From: an uncultured Hyphomicrobiaceae bacterium
GTDB lineage: Bacteria; Pseudomonadota; Alphaproteobacteria; Rhizobiales; CALHAX01
Direction of reading: 5' to 3'
NCBI GenBank assembly: GCA_937931785.1
Contig: CALHAX010000069.1
Coordinates: 53,837 to 117,836 of the forward strand
Length of the DNA: 64,000 bases
Shown: in pieces, positions 46,666 through 57,783 of the stretch
Layout: each line of letters opens with the position of its first letter
How positions within the stretch are numbered: position 1 is the stretch's first letter
The notes under the pieces: generated by a model
Seen by the model: the letters and a program-made list of their open reading frames with translations, nothing else
What the model was told of the DNA's origin: nothing
The model's database searches: none
Program-made: the position numbers and the translations under genes

Positions 46666-49600
46666 ATGACAACAAATCCAGCTTCCACGCGTGGCGTGAC
46701 TGCGGTGCTCGGTCCAACAAATACCGGCAAGACCCACCTCGCGATCGAACGCATGCTGGGGCACGAAAGCGGGCTGATCGGTTTACCGCTACGCCTGCTC
46801 GCGCGAGAAGTTTACGATCGGGTCGTGGCACGTGCCGGTGTCGCGAACGTTGCGCTGATCACTGGCGAAGAAAAGATCAAACCGCCACAAGCGCGCTATT
46901 GGGTTTGCACGGTCGAGGCCATGCCGCGCGATCTGGACGTTGCGTTCGTTGCGATCGACGAAATCCAGCTTGCCGCCGATCCTGAGCGTGGACACGTGTT
47001 CACGAACCGCTTTCTTAACGCACGTGGCAAACACGAAACACTGCTGCTCGGCTCCGATACCATGCGGCAGGTGATCAACGACATTCTGCCCGGCGCAAAC
47101 TTTGTTGCCCGCCCGCGACTTTCCAAACTGAGTTATGCGGGACAAAAAAAGATTTCACGACTGCCGCGGCGCACGGCAATTGTCGCTTTCTCTGCAGCCG
47201 AGGTCTACGCCATTGCCGAATTGATCCGTCGGCAACGGGGAGGGGCCGCGGTGGTCTTGGGTGCACTGAGTCCGAGAACACGCAATGCACAAGTTGAGCT
47301 CTATCAATCAGAAGAGGTCGATTTCCTCGTTGCAACCGATGCCATCGGGATGGGGTTGAACCTGAACGTCGGACACGTGGCATTCGCCGCAACACGTAAA
47401 TTCGACGGGCAACGAATGCGCAACCTCTTGCCATCCGAGATGGCGCAAATTGCCGGTCGCGCTGGTCGCCACATGAATGACGGCACCTTTGGTGTGACTG
47501 GTGATACGGAACCACTGGAAGGTGATCTTGTCGAAGCGCTGGAAAACCATACGTTCGATCCAGTAAAAATGCTGCAGTGGCGCAATAGCCAACTTGATTT
47601 TTCCTCTATCGAGAAGCTCAAGGACAGCCTGAATGCTGCGTCCGGCCATCCAAAACTCGCGCGCGCACGCACGGCAGACGATGTCGTGACGCTGGAGGCT
47701 GCCCTGCACGACGGCGAAGTGGCCCGGCTGGCCTGCTCACCCGCTGCGATCAAGCGCCTGTGGGAAGTCTGTCAAATTCCTGACTATCGCAAGGTTTCAG
47801 CCAGCGCTCATTCCGATCTCGCCGCATCACTCTACCGCCATCTCTTGTCAGACCGGGAAGTCATTCCCGAGGACTGGTTCGCGGAACAGGTCTCGCAGGC
47901 GGATCGCACCGATGGCGATATCGATACGCTCGCCAACCGGATTGCCCATGTACGTACCTGGACGTTCATTGCCAATCGTGCAGACTGGCTTGAGCACCAC
48001 GAAGAATGGCAGGCAAAAACGCGCGATGTCGAGGATCGTTTGTCTGACGCGCTGCATGCCCAGTTGACACAACGCTTTGTCGACCGGCAAACGAGCACTT
48101 TGATGCGAAGCCTTCGGGATAGCGACGAGGTTTTTGCCGAAATTGGTGATGATGGCTCAATTCAGGTTGAGAAACATTTCGTCGGCCGTATACAGGGGCT
48201 TCGATATATTCCTGACACCGCTGCTGAGGGTCTTCACGGCAAAGCCAGCCGGAATGCTGCAGCGCATGTCCTGACGAAAGAATTGACGATGCGAGCACGC
48301 CGCATTGCTGCTGCAAAGACTGACGCTTTCAAACTTGGACCGGACGCTGCGGTTCTGTGGAAGGATGAGGCTATTGCACGCCTTGTGGCAGGTGATGACA
48401 TCCTGACGCCGCGTGTCACGTTGCTAGCAGATGAACACCTTTCTGCGCCTGACCGTGAAAAAATTCAGACCCGTCTGGACACATGGATCAAAGAGGTCGT
48501 GGAAGAACGGCTCAAACCACTGGTGATGACAGCGCGTGCGGAAGATATCTCCGGACTTGCAAAAGGGATTGCGTTTCAGTTGACCGAACATCTCGGCATA
48601 CTGAAGCGGGAAGCTGTGGCCAACGATATCAAATCGATGGATCAAACAGCGCGAGGGCAACTGAGGCGCTATGGCGTGCGGTTCGGGGCGTTCAATATTT
48701 ATTTCCCTCTTCTGGTGAAGCCTGCGGCCACAGAATTGATTTTGCAGCTCTGGAAACTCAATCAGGCGAAAGTGGCTGGCGCTACTGACAACAATCTTCC
48801 CGATTTCACTCCACCGCGCCCCGGGCTTACCTCTGCAGCTGCGGAAACCAATGTCCCGGAAGAATTCTACCGCGTGTGTGGGTATCATCGATGTGGTCCG
48901 CGAGTTGTACGGATCGACATGCTGGAACGACTGGCTGATATGATCCGGCCTCTCGTATCGTGGCGCATAAAGGAAGAGAATCCGGAAATGCCGCCAGCGG
49001 GCTCAACCGGTGACGGTGGCTTCAAAGTTCAACCCGATATGATGTCTATCCTCGGATGTTCGGCGGACGAACTCGGCGACGTTTTGCGTGCGCTCGGGTT
49101 CCGGCTGGATCGGAAGCAGGTGAAGGCGAAAGCAGATGTGGTTGTTGCACCTTCCACAACGGATGCAACACCCGCTCTCACGACAGAAGAACATGCAAGG
49201 GATGCTGTAACCGCACCGACTGAAAGTGAAGCCACAGTCGATGTAGCCGAAGCTGCAAACAGCAACACACCAGAAACAGTGACGACGCCTGTGGCACCAG
49301 AGGCTGAAACCTCTCAAGAGGAAACCGCTGCGCCGGAAGAAGCACCTGCCAAAGCGGAGCCTGAGTTCATTGATATCTGGCGTCCGGCGCGGCACAGCAA
49401 CAACCGGCAGAACCGGGCCCGTCGTGCATCTGAGCAACGACAGAAATCAGACGGCGCGGCTCATGCGGACGACGGCGGGAAACGAGCGAACGGCAAACCT
49501 GGATCACGCCCAAACACCCAGACGAAAGGCAAGGGCCAGAGGCAAGGCGACGGGCAGGGACAAAAAGGCCGCAAACCGTATCGCAAGGGTGGCCAGGACA

Positions 49601-49740
49601 ACCGTCAACCGGCCAGCTTTACGGCATCGCCTACCAAGAACAAGGGAAAAGGCAAGGCTGTCGATCCGGATTCACCGTTCGCCGCACTTGGTAAACTAAA
49701 ACAGGAATTGGAAAAAAATTCCTCAGATCAGGCGAATTAA
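46666..49740 (+). CDS. helicase-related protein (Suv3-like superfamily 2 helicase)
   Basis: Walker A GPTNTGKTH, AIDEIQ (DExQ) and GMGLNL motifs, with a long basic low-complexity C-terminal tail. Typical alphaproteobacterial synteny with the downstream S4 gene. Confidence 0.85.
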   Translation: MTTNPASTRGVTAVLGPTNTGKTHLAIERMLGHESGLIGLPLRLLAREVYDRVVARAGVANVALITGEEKIKPPQARYWVCTVEAMPRDLDVAFVAIDEIQLAADPERGHVFTNRFLNARGKHETLLLGSDTMRQVINDILPGANFVARPRLSKLSYAGQKKISRLPRRTAIVAFSAAEVYAIAELIRRQRGGAAVVLGALSPRTRNAQVELYQSEEVDFLVATDAIGMGLNLNVGHVAFAATRKFDGQRMRNLLPSEMAQIAGRAGRHMNDGTFGVTGDTEPLEGDLVEALENHTFDPVKMLQWRNSQLDFSSIEKLKDSLNAASGHPKLARARTADDVVTLEAALHDGEVARLACSPAAIKRLWEVCQIPDYRKVSASAHSDLAASLYRHLLSDREVIPEDWFAEQVSQADRTDGDIDTLANRIAHVRTWTFIANRADWLEHHEEWQAKTRDVEDRLSDALHAQLTQRFVDRQTSTLMRSLRDSDEVFAEIGDDGSIQVEKHFVGRIQGLRYIPDTAAEGLHGKASRNAAAHVLTKELTMRARRIAAAKTDAFKLGPDAAVLWKDEAIARLVAGDDILTPRVTLLADEHLSAPDREKIQTRLDTWIKEVVEERLKPLVMTARAEDISGLAKGIAFQLTEHLGILKREAVANDIKSMDQTARGQLRRYGVRFGAFNIYFPLLVKPAATELILQLWKLNQAKVAGATDNNLPDFTPPRPGLTSAAAETNVPEEFYRVCGYHRCGPRVVRIDMLERLADMIRPLVSWRIKEENPEMPPAGSTGDGGFKVQPDMMSILGCSADELGDVLRALGFRLDRKQVKAKADVVVAPSTTDATPALTTEEHARDAVTAPTESEATVDVAEAANSNTPETVTTPVAPEAETSQEETAAPEEAPAKAEPEFIDIWRPARHSNNRQNRARRASEQRQKSDGAAHADDGGKRANGKPGSRPNTQTKGKGQRQGDGQGQKGRKPYRKGGQDNRQPASFTASPTKNKGKGKAVDPDSPFAALGKLKQELEKNSSDQAN

Positions 49741-49843
49741 AAACAGACGATCAGACTGCCCGCTGTCGGCATGGAGATGACTCCTGGCAAAAGCAAGCAA
49801 CCAGAACACGGAAGCCACAACCAGTCAGCGGCTGGACAAATGG

Positions 49844-50206
49844 TTGTGGTTTGCCCGCGTTGTAAAAACCAGAACTATGGCAACGCGGCTTGTTGCTGGA
49901 GGGAAGGTTCGTGTGAACCGCACTGCGACGGACAAACCGAGCCAAGTTGTGCGCCCTGATGACGTCCTGACCATTTCCGTCAACCGACGCATTCGTGTCC
50001 TCAAAATTCTAGATCCAGGCAAGCGCCGTGGACCGGCTGAGGAGGCACAGGCACTCTACGAAGACCTGACACCCGAAGACGAAGCGCCAGCACCTGCCAG
50101 GGGATTGATGACGCCAACACCGGTTGCACGACGCATCCCTGGAGATGGTCGTCCCACAAAGCGGGAGCGTCGCGAAACTGATCAATTGCGTGGACGAGAC
50201 CGTTGA
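49844..50206 (+). CDS. RNA-binding S4 domain protein (Hsp15-like); 5' end uncertain
   Basis: WFARVVKTRTMATRLVAGGKVRVNRTATDKPSQVVRPDDVLT is an S4 domain. The conserved RLDKWLW motif lies upstream of the track TTG start, so the real start is probably 49784-49832 (see findings). Confidence 0.75.
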   Translation: MWFARVVKTRTMATRLVAGGKVRVNRTATDKPSQVVRPDDVLTISVNRRIRVLKILDPGKRRGPAEEAQALYEDLTPEDEAPAPARGLMTPTPVARRIPGDGRPTKRERRETDQLRGRDR

Positions 50207-51429
50207 CTGCATTGTGTCGCGACTGCGGTCAGATCACGCCATCGCACTCCGATGTTTCACCTTTGCTCGCATGCCCCAACTGCGGCGCCCATCGACTGGT
50301 CTCTCATCCTGAGCTGCTGGCGCTCGACATTGCGCATGTGGATTGCGACGCGTTCTATGCGTCCGTGGAGAAACGGGACAATCCTACACTTGCTGATAAA
50401 CCGCTGATCGTTGGGCATGCCGGTGGGCGCGGTGTCGTCACCACGGCGTGCTACATTGCGCGGCAATTCGGCCCGCGCTCCGCGATGCCAATGTTCAAGG
50501 CGATGGAACTGTGCCCGCAGGCTGTTGTCGTTCAACCGGACATGGCGAAGTACAAGGCCGTGAGCCAGCAGATCCGCGGAATCTTTCGCGATGCGACGGA
50601 AATAATCGAACCCGTATCCCTGGACGAAGCCTATCTCGACCTCAGTGACCTGAAGGCGATCGGTGGAATTCCCGCCGATGCGCTGGCAACCGTCGCCTAT
50701 CGCATTCATGCGGAAGTCGGCATCACAGTTTCGATCGGCCTCTCCTACAACAAGTTTCTTGCAAAGCTGGCATCGGATCTTGAGAAACCGCATGGATTTT
50801 CCGTCATCGGACGGGCAGAAGCAAAATCGTTTCTTTCGCCGCTGTCAGTGCGCAAGATCAATGGTGTGGGCTCCGCAACAGCGGCACGCATGCAAGCACG
50901 CGGGATCGAAACCATCGAACAACTACAATCCATGTCGGAGATGGAACTGACTGCGATCTTCGGCAAGTTTGGCCGACGGCTTGCGGGATACGTACACGGC
51001 AATGACCCCCGTGCAGTTTCTTCGCACAGGGATTCGAAAAGCGTGTCGGCGGAGACAACGTTCTCCCGCGATACAAACCTTGCGGATCGTCTGATCGAAA
51101 CTGTCGAGCCACTTTGCGACCGTGTGGCAGCCCGGTTGGTTCGTGCGCGTATCGCCGGAAGCACCGTTGTTCTCAAACTGAAAACCTCGGATTTTCAAAC
51201 GATCACGCGGAATCGTCAGCTCCAGGCCCCCACGCAACGTTCCGATGTGTTGCTGGAAACAGCTCAACACCTGATCCGAAGAGAAGCGGATGGACGCGCC
51301 TTTCGCCTGATCGGCATTGGCGTGGCAGATATTGTGGAAGATAAAGCAGCTGATCCCCCGGACCTTTTCAGAGGAACCGGAGAATCAGATGATAGACATG
51401 AGAAATCTGCAGGGTTGTTCAAAAAATAA
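50203..51429 (+). CDS. dinB: DNA polymerase IV
   Basis: HVDCDAFYASVEKRDNP, GVVTTACYIARQFG and SLDEAYLD motifs. N-terminal CxxC...CxxC extension. The TTG start overlaps the S4 gene stop. Confidence 0.9.
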   Translation: MTALCRDCGQITPSHSDVSPLLACPNCGAHRLVSHPELLALDIAHVDCDAFYASVEKRDNPTLADKPLIVGHAGGRGVVTTACYIARQFGPRSAMPMFKAMELCPQAVVVQPDMAKYKAVSQQIRGIFRDATEIIEPVSLDEAYLDLSDLKAIGGIPADALATVAYRIHAEVGITVSIGLSYNKFLAKLASDLEKPHGFSVIGRAEAKSFLSPLSVRKINGVGSATAARMQARGIETIEQLQSMSEMELTAIFGKFGRRLAGYVHGNDPRAVSSHRDSKSVSAETTFSRDTNLADRLIETVEPLCDRVAARLVRARIAGSTVVLKLKTSDFQTITRNRQLQAPTQRSDVLLETAQHLIRREADGRAFRLIGIGVADIVEDKAADPPDLFRGTGESDDRHEKSAGLFKK

Positions 51430-51566
51430 AAGCGACCGGTGCGGCGAACTGTGAAAAGGCTATGGGTGGGATCGCCTTGCCACATGGCTTGCACTGGGGA
51501 TGAAGCCGGACCTCACACCAAGATGAGGCAAGTCGTGAGATCCATATTCACCGCACCGGAACTCGG

Positions 51567-53210
51567 TTACCGCACAATTTCAGCGTTGAACGCCGCTTGC
51601 GGTGAAACTGTTCTGACGAATGGGTTACGGAGCGCTGCCGTTGCGACTTGCTCCGCTTCGGGCTCTGTCTCGATTGCGGCATGGGTCAGCCAGGGGCCTG
51701 GTCGTTGCAAAGCTGGTTTGAGCGCCGCAACGGCTCCCAAACCACGCCATCCATTCTCAAGAGAGGATGCAAATTCATCGAGTGAACCGTGGTCCACATC
51801 AATGTTGGCGAACGGATTCATGCCCATCGCAGCATATGCCGCTGCATACGCGTTCTGGACATCGACATAGACGATATCGAGTTTTACGCGTGCCACCAGC
51901 GTATTCATTTCTTCACGGATGGCCGTTTGCTCACTTACCTTTCCTGCGTCCAGAGCACTGCGGATCTGCCGCAGTATCTGCGATTGAACGTTCATGAAGT
52001 GACGCGCAGTCCGATAGCGTTTTCGTGCATGTGTCAAACGAGCTCTGGAAACGTGAACTTGCGTCATGATCGCCATGGTGACCGCCAGCGAGCGCACGCG
52101 CAGGAGATCATCGCGCGCATTGATCTCATCCCGACGGGCAGGATAGGAAAAGACCTTTAAGAGGTTCCAACTCGCCTGCGCGCCCCACGCCAGATAGTTC
52201 TGGTTGTAGAGCAGTGTATTGCTGTTCCAGTTCGGCCCGATGGTCGCGCCGAGCGATGGAAGCATTTCCAGAAGTGCTGCGCGTGCTTCCTGACTGTTGA
52301 TGCGCTTTTTGTATGCCACTTCGAGGAGCTCCGGACGTCGCTCAAGAGCACGCGCAACCATATCGTCGGCTGACAACCCAATATATGGAGGCGGGGACTG
52401 GTCCTGAGGGATGACAATCCTGAAATTGGTGCCGGGGCGGATGTTCATAAGCGCAGCCAACTGATGACGCGCAACCCCCAAGTCATCCGACAGACGTTGA
52501 ATTTCGCGTTTGATCTCGACCAGTTCTCGTTCGAACGTGAGTGCTGTCAACGGCGAGGCATCACCATCATTTGCGAGACTCTGCGTATCGCGCAAGGCCC
52601 GCACAACCCGATGCTCAAGGCGGCGAAGTCGTGCAATCAGGCGGTCCGCTGTCACGGCACGCCAGTACGCTGTTCGCACGTCCTCCACGAGGCGGTTGAC
52701 CACCTTGCGCTGGTTCTCGCGTGCGATGAGAATTTTATCAGCGGCTTGACGAGCCCGAATGTAAGACAGACCAAAGTCCAGAACATTCCAACTCAGTTCG
52801 AGATCGGACGAAAAAACGTCCTTTTGCGTTGATGTCGATGGGGTATCCGCCGTGATCGGACCGGTCCCGATCGGCAATCGGCGACTGCTGCCCCCCGCGT
52901 CATTGCTGCGATCCGTGTAGCCTGTGTTGAGTACGAGACCGGGGAGCATGGAATAGTGCGACACGCGGAGTTGGCGCTCGCGCAATGCAGCCTCTCGCGC
53001 TTCAACGCGATGATCGAGATTGTAGCGAATGGCGCGCGACATTGCGTCGTAAAGCGTGATGGGCTTGTCGAGAAGTTCCTGACCGGCGGTCACGCCATCA
53101 TTTGCTTCAGCGGCGAGAGAGGCGACTTCGAATTCCGTCAGGGGTTCGGGCAAGACGGCACAGCCGCCAAGAACACAGATCGTGCCGAGTGCACTTATGA
53201 TCTTCCGCAT
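51567..53210 (-). CDS. TolC family outer membrane protein (lipoprotein)
   Basis: Lipobox VLGGCA after MRKIISALGTIC. Tandem OEP repeats show a coiled-coil pattern. Start moved to the ATG at 53210. Confidence 0.8.
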   Translation of the reverse strand: MRKIISALGTICVLGGCAVLPEPLTEFEVASLAAEANDGVTAGQELLDKPITLYDAMSRAIRYNLDHRVEAREAALRERQLRVSHYSMLPGLVLNTGYTDRSNDAGGSSRRLPIGTGPITADTPSTSTQKDVFSSDLELSWNVLDFGLSYIRARQAADKILIARENQRKVVNRLVEDVRTAYWRAVTADRLIARLRRLEHRVVRALRDTQSLANDGDASPLTALTFERELVEIKREIQRLSDDLGVARHQLAALMNIRPGTNFRIVIPQDQSPPPYIGLSADDMVARALERRPELLEVAYKKRINSQEARAALLEMLPSLGATIGPNWNSNTLLYNQNYLAWGAQASWNLLKVFSYPARRDEINARDDLLRVRSLAVTMAIMTQVHVSRARLTHARKRYRTARHFMNVQSQILRQIRSALDAGKVSEQTAIREEMNTLVARVKLDIVYVDVQNAYAAAYAAMGMNPFANIDVDHGSLDEFASSLENGWRGLGAVAALKPALQRPGPWLTHAAIETEPEAEQVATAALRNPFVRTVSPQAAFNAEIVR

Positions 53211-53527
53211 GTACTGCTCCTGTGGATCTGGTGGGATCAACGTGCTGAAGGACGCAGTACAAACACGCTTAAGTAGATTTTAATAAAAATACACGCGATT
53301 CGATAATTCGAAAGACGTACAGCTGTTCTCAGCGTGTTATTCCCCATATATTCTCGTATTGGTGGTATTTGAATCACAGACAGCACTGCCCACGACTGGG
53401 TACAGGAATGGTCGATGCGCATGGTGACGTGCGGGCAGAGGGAGTGAGCGGTTCAAGCACCACTCATTGAGGACCGAATTGTGATGCTCGCTGAGTCAGG
53501 ATCGCTGTGAATCAGGACGGTGCTGCG

Positions 53528-55711
53528 TCAGCCCATGTAATCGGGGAGCCACGCTTCATGGGCAGATTGCAATGCCACTACGGTTGTTGTTGCGCCTGCA
53601 ATCGCCAGTGACTCACCACCTGCTGTACCGAGTTTCAGGGCTCCAGGTACCGGCGTTCCAGAGGCTGCTGTTACAATATAGCGGGCCTGGTCTTCGCCGA
53701 ACCACCAGGCGTGTGCAGGCATGGTGTCGGGGGCCTCATTCAGATTGAAGCCAATGCCGCTCGCCATTGCGAGTTCTGCGATTGCGACAAGCAATCCGCC
53801 ATCACTGATATCGTGAACAGCGGTCACGTGGTTTGCACGGATCAACTTCCGTATTTTTTCTCCGTTGGCACGTTCCGCTTCGAGATCAACCGCAGGCGGT
53901 GCACCGTCGAACCCATCTGCGCAGACATCCTGATAGATGGACTGCCCAAGATGACCGTGCGTTTCCCCAACAAGCCAGAGGTCATCGCCCTCGTTGATTG
54001 AGCCAGTGAAGGCCATACGATCAATGTTGGGGATCAGACCAACGCCACCAATTGCGGGTGTCGGCGGAATCGCGACGCCGTTGGTCTCGTTATAGAGTGA
54101 AACATTGCCTGAGACGACCGGCGTGCCAAGTGCCTTGCACGCTTCGCCCATACCCTCGATGCAGCCAACGAACTGGCCCATGATTTCAGGACGCTCAGGG
54201 TTACCGAAATTCATGCAGTCGGTAATAGCCAACGGATCAGCGCCGACGGCGCACAGGTTGCGGTAGGTTTCAGCAACAGCTTGCTTGCCACCTTCCACGG
54301 GATCTGCCTCACAGTAACGCGGTGTGACATCTGTGGTGATTGCAATCCCCTTCGTGGTGCCGTGAATCCGCACTACACCAGCATCGCCACCCGGTCGTTG
54401 CACGGTATCCCCCATCACCATGTGATCGTATTGCTCCCAGATCCAGCGACGGCTGCACAAATGCTGCGACGCCAGCATCGCTTCAAGTGATCCGAGAATG
54501 CTCTCCGGGGCAGGCACATCACTGGCTGCAATGACCGGAGCTGCAGGTGTGGGCGTGTGGGGCCGCTGATATTCCGGTGCTGAATCCGCAAGTGTCGCAA
54601 CGGGCATATCGGCCATAGCTTCGCCGTTGTGAGTAATGATGAGGCGGCCCGTATCCGTGGTTTCGCCAACAATCGCAAAATCAAGCTCCCACTTCTGGAA
54701 GATTTTCTCCGCTGCGGCTTCAGTACCTGGTTTCAGCACCATGAGCATGCGCTCCTGGCTTTCCGAGAGCATCATCTCGTAGGCGGTCATGCCAGTTTCG
54801 CGCTGCGGCACCTTATCGAGGTTGAGCGTGAAACCAACGCCGCCCTTGTCCGCCATCTCGACGGACGATGATGTGAGACCCGCCGCGCCCATATCCTGAA
54901 TGGCGATGATTGAGTCGCTTGCCATCAACTCAAGGCACGCTTCAAGCAGAAGTTTTTCGGTAAACGGATCGCCAACCTGAACCGTTGGACGTTTTTCTTC
55001 GGAGTCGTCATCAAACTCGGCGGATGCCATTGTGGCGCCGTGAATACCGTCTCGCCCTGTCTTGGAGCCAACGTAAACAACGGGCAGTCCGACGCCCTTG
55101 GCTGCGGAGTAAAAAATACCATCTGTTTTTGCGAGACCGACGCACATGGCATTGACGAGGATGTTGCCGTTGTAGCGCGGATCGAAATTCGTTTCACCGC
55201 CTATAGTCGGCACACCGATGCAGTTGCCGTATCCCCCAATGCCCGCCACAACACCCGAAACCAAGTGACGTGTCCTGGGGTGGTCCGGAGCACCGAAGCG
55301 CAATGCGTTCATGTTTGCGACCGGCCGTGCGCCCATCGTGAACACGTCGCGCATGATACCGCCCACGCCGGTCGCTGCCCCCTGGTAGGGTTCGATAAAC
55401 GACGGATGGTTGTGGCTCTCCATCTTGAAAACCACGCAATCCCCGTCACCCAAATCGACCACACCAGCATTCTCGCCCGGCCCCTGAATGACCTGTGGTC
55501 CATCGGTTGGCAACGTCTTCAACCAGTATTTCGAAGACTTGTAGGAGCAGTGCTCCGACCACATCACCGAGAAGATGCCGAGTTCCGTGATCGACGGCTC
55601 ACGCCCCATGATTTCGAGAACCCGGGCGTATTCCTCGTCGGAAAGGCCATGCTCGGCAATAAGTTCCGGGGTGATATCGGCAGGTATTGGCGTGGCGTTG
55701 GCAGCGCTCAT
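53528..55711 (-). CDS. purL: phosphoribosylformylglycinamidine synthase subunit PurL
   Basis: [31 protein letters not shown] and the full-length PurL pattern. Start at the ATG at 55711 (MSAANATP). Confidence 0.95.
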   Translation of the reverse strand: MSAANATPIPADITPELIAEHGLSDEEYARVLEIMGREPSITELGIFSVMWSEHCSYKSSKYWLKTLPTDGPQVIQGPGENAGVVDLGDGDCVVFKMESHNHPSFIEPYQGAATGVGGIMRDVFTMGARPVANMNALRFGAPDHPRTRHLVSGVVAGIGGYGNCIGVPTIGGETNFDPRYNGNILVNAMCVGLAKTDGIFYSAAKGVGLPVVYVGSKTGRDGIHGATMASAEFDDDSEEKRPTVQVGDPFTEKLLLEACLELMASDSIIAIQDMGAAGLTSSSVEMADKGGVGFTLNLDKVPQRETGMTAYEMMLSESQERMLMVLKPGTEAAAEKIFQKWELDFAIVGETTDTGRLIITHNGEAMADMPVATLADSAPEYQRPHTPTPAAPVIAASDVPAPESILGSLEAMLASQHLCSRRWIWEQYDHMVMGDTVQRPGGDAGVVRIHGTTKGIAITTDVTPRYCEADPVEGGKQAVAETYRNLCAVGADPLAITDCMNFGNPERPEIMGQFVGCIEGMGEACKALGTPVVSGNVSLYNETNGVAIPPTPAIGGVGLIPNIDRMAFTGSINEGDDLWLVGETHGHLGQSIYQDVCADGFDGAPPAVDLEAERANGEKIRKLIRANHVTAVHDISDGGLLVAIAELAMASGIGFNLNEAPDTMPAHAWWFGEDQARYIVTAASGTPVPGALKLGTAGGESLAIAGATTTVVALQSAHEAWLPDYMG

Positions 55712-55836
55712 GTGGCAACTCCGAAGCATGTCAGAATCGGGCGCATCGCCCGTTTGCGGTGCTTATAGCGGGGGGCGACGCTGTTGTCGCGCGGAGCCCG
55801 CGAGGTGCGTCATGTTATGCACGTCCCGTGATCGGG

Positions 55837-56235
55837 TTACTGCTGACGGAGTGCGTTGACCGGCCAGATGAACGCGCGGCCACCATTTTCGTAAATGTTC
55901 TCCTGAACCTTGATTTGTGCGCCAGACTTGGGGGCGAGCGATTGATTGCTACTGACCGTGACCTGTCGCCCCGTCGCAAGTTTCACGGTCAACAAAAGCG
56001 TCGAAGATCCCACGTAATCCTGAGAACGTGACCAGTTCAGAACGGTGGCGTCGAGAACGTTGTGCTCAACAATGCCACCCCGACTGGTCATGACCCAAAT
56101 GAAAGCTGCAACCAGCGCGCCGGCGATAAGCACAAGTGGTGTGTTCCTTGCCCAGATTCGACGTCGCTCAGCGCGGTATGCCCGATCAAGTGCGTCGGCC
56201 TGGGCCTGTGACTGTTGTCTGCACGGATTGCTCAT
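55837..56235 (-). CDS. hypothetical membrane-anchored protein
   Basis: The ORF from the ATG at 56235 has a basic N-terminus, one TM helix (LVLIAGALVAAFIWVM) and then a beta-rich domain. No motif recognised. Confidence 0.5.
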   Translation of the reverse strand: MSNPCRQQSQAQADALDRAYRAERRRIWARNTPLVLIAGALVAAFIWVMTSRGGIVEHNVLDATVLNWSRSQDYVGSSTLLLTVKLATGRQVTVSSNQSLAPKSGAQIKVQENIYENGGRAFIWPVNALRQQ

Positions 56236-56315
56236 GCGGTCATCCTGCCAACTCGGTGTCTGTCGTAGGATCTCGATATGGGCATGAAGCACACCGAAAC
56301 AATGCCGCGCCACAT

Positions 56316-57677
56316 TTACTGCAATGTGTCCACGTCCTGTTGCGTAACGAGATAGGTGCCTGTGAACTCTACCGAGTCGCCGGGGGCGAGGGTATCCCAG
56401 GACGCGTTGATAGCGGCGTCAATGGAGTCACCCAGCGGATTGACGTCGCTGGACAAGGTTTCACCGGTTGGTGCCGGAGGTGGGCCGGATCCGTTGTGCA
56501 CATCACTTATCGTCACCCCAGCAATCGGCACATTGCCAGTGTTTGTAACGGTATACGTGTAGATGATCGTCTCGTTGACGCCGCGTAAGGTGTCGTCGTC
56601 AGCGACCTTGGTGATGGACAAGGCCGGGGCCGGGGGAATGGTGGTTATGGTCGCCGTGTCGTTCGCGTTTGATGTGCCCGACAGATCTGTGTCCGCCTCG
56701 TTGTGGAAGTCGACACCGTTCGCCGTAGCCTGGTTCGAGATCGTTCCCGTCAGAATGTCGGCTTGTGTCACGGTGTAGTCTGCGGTGAAGGTCACAGTTT
56801 CGCCAATCCGGATGTCGGTGGCCGTTCCAGCGCCACTGTCATAGTTGTTACCTCCTGAATTGTATGCCGGTACGGGCGTGGTACCTGTTCCTGTGAATGA
56901 TCCTCCATTTTCCGTAACGGACGCATTGAACACCGTAACGTCGCCCGTGTTTGTGACAACATAGGTGTAGGTGATCGTGTCTCCGGCATGGATGATGCCG
57001 TCACCACCGTCGTTGGGGGCGCTGCTCTTGAGGAGGGAAATTTCTGGTGGATTGGAAAACAACTGGAACTCACGGAATGCATTTTCCGTCGTTCCGTTTC
57101 CTCGCAAATTCGAGATGCGAAAGGCTGTTATCGCTGGCAACGCCGCTGGACCACCTAGAGATGCAAATGTCACAAACTTCGGATCAGTTGCGCTGAGTGT
57201 GTCGCCAATGTCGACATCGTTTGCAACCAATGTGGTCGGGGTGCCGGACACCGGATCCGTGTAATCTATCTCAACGTCGAAAATGCGCAGTTCATCGTCG
57301 GTGTAAACGCCACCCGAGTTCGACCAGACTACAATGCCATGATAGAATTCATCCACGTTCGGGCTAGCGAAGTTGAATGTAATTTCATGGGTTGGTTGGC
57401 CGGGAACAGGGCAATAACCAGCAGTTCCCGTGATGTCGCCATCCGACGCCACTGCCACGTTCGCGATGCATGCACCCGGATGGAGGATCGGGACGAAGTT
57501 CTCGGTGACGGTATCGGCGACGCGGTTCGCAGCCTGCACCGGTTCGGCTGCCCAGCAAAGAAAGATCAACGTCAGCCAGTAAACCGACGCAGCGAAACAT
57601 GCGGCACGACGATTTGTTGTCGCACCCTTCAGCACCTTACGTTGACGCTTTGCGTTCAGGATACGACGCACAGCCAT
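56316..57677 (-). CDS. DUF11 repeat-containing secreted/surface protein
   Basis: Signal peptide. Two DUF11-type repeats: ITYTYVVTNTGDVTVFNASVTE...VTFTADYTVTQADI and IIYTYTVTNTGNVPIAGVTISD...VEFTGTYLVTQQDV. Confidence 0.75.
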   Translation of the reverse strand: MAVRRILNAKRQRKVLKGATTNRRAACFAASVYWLTLIFLCWAAEPVQAANRVADTVTENFVPILHPGACIANVAVASDGDITGTAGYCPVPGQPTHEITFNFASPNVDEFYHGIVVWSNSGGVYTDDELRIFDVEIDYTDPVSGTPTTLVANDVDIGDTLSATDPKFVTFASLGGPAALPAITAFRISNLRGNGTTENAFREFQLFSNPPEISLLKSSAPNDGGDGIIHAGDTITYTYVVTNTGDVTVFNASVTENGGSFTGTGTTPVPAYNSGGNNYDSGAGTATDIRIGETVTFTADYTVTQADILTGTISNQATANGVDFHNEADTDLSGTSNANDTATITTIPPAPALSITKVADDDTLRGVNETIIYTYTVTNTGNVPIAGVTISDVHNGSGPPPAPTGETLSSDVNPLGDSIDAAINASWDTLAPGDSVEFTGTYLVTQQDVDTLQ

Positions 57678-57783
57678 CTATCCTCATTCCCAGATCACGC
57701 ACAGCTGACCGCGGACCGGGATCACACCAATTGGTAGATTCAGTCTAAATTGATTCGTGGATGATGTAATTGTGCCCGACCGC

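Noticed and set aside
51436-51559. 9-bp inverted repeat CCGGTGCGG / CCGCACCGG flanking ~105 nt between dinB and the TolC-family gene, with a nested CTTGCC/GGCAAG pair
   Set aside because: A rough estimate (positions x spacings x 4^-9) predicts dozens of such 9-bp inverted repeats by chance in 64 kb. There is no further supporting feature.
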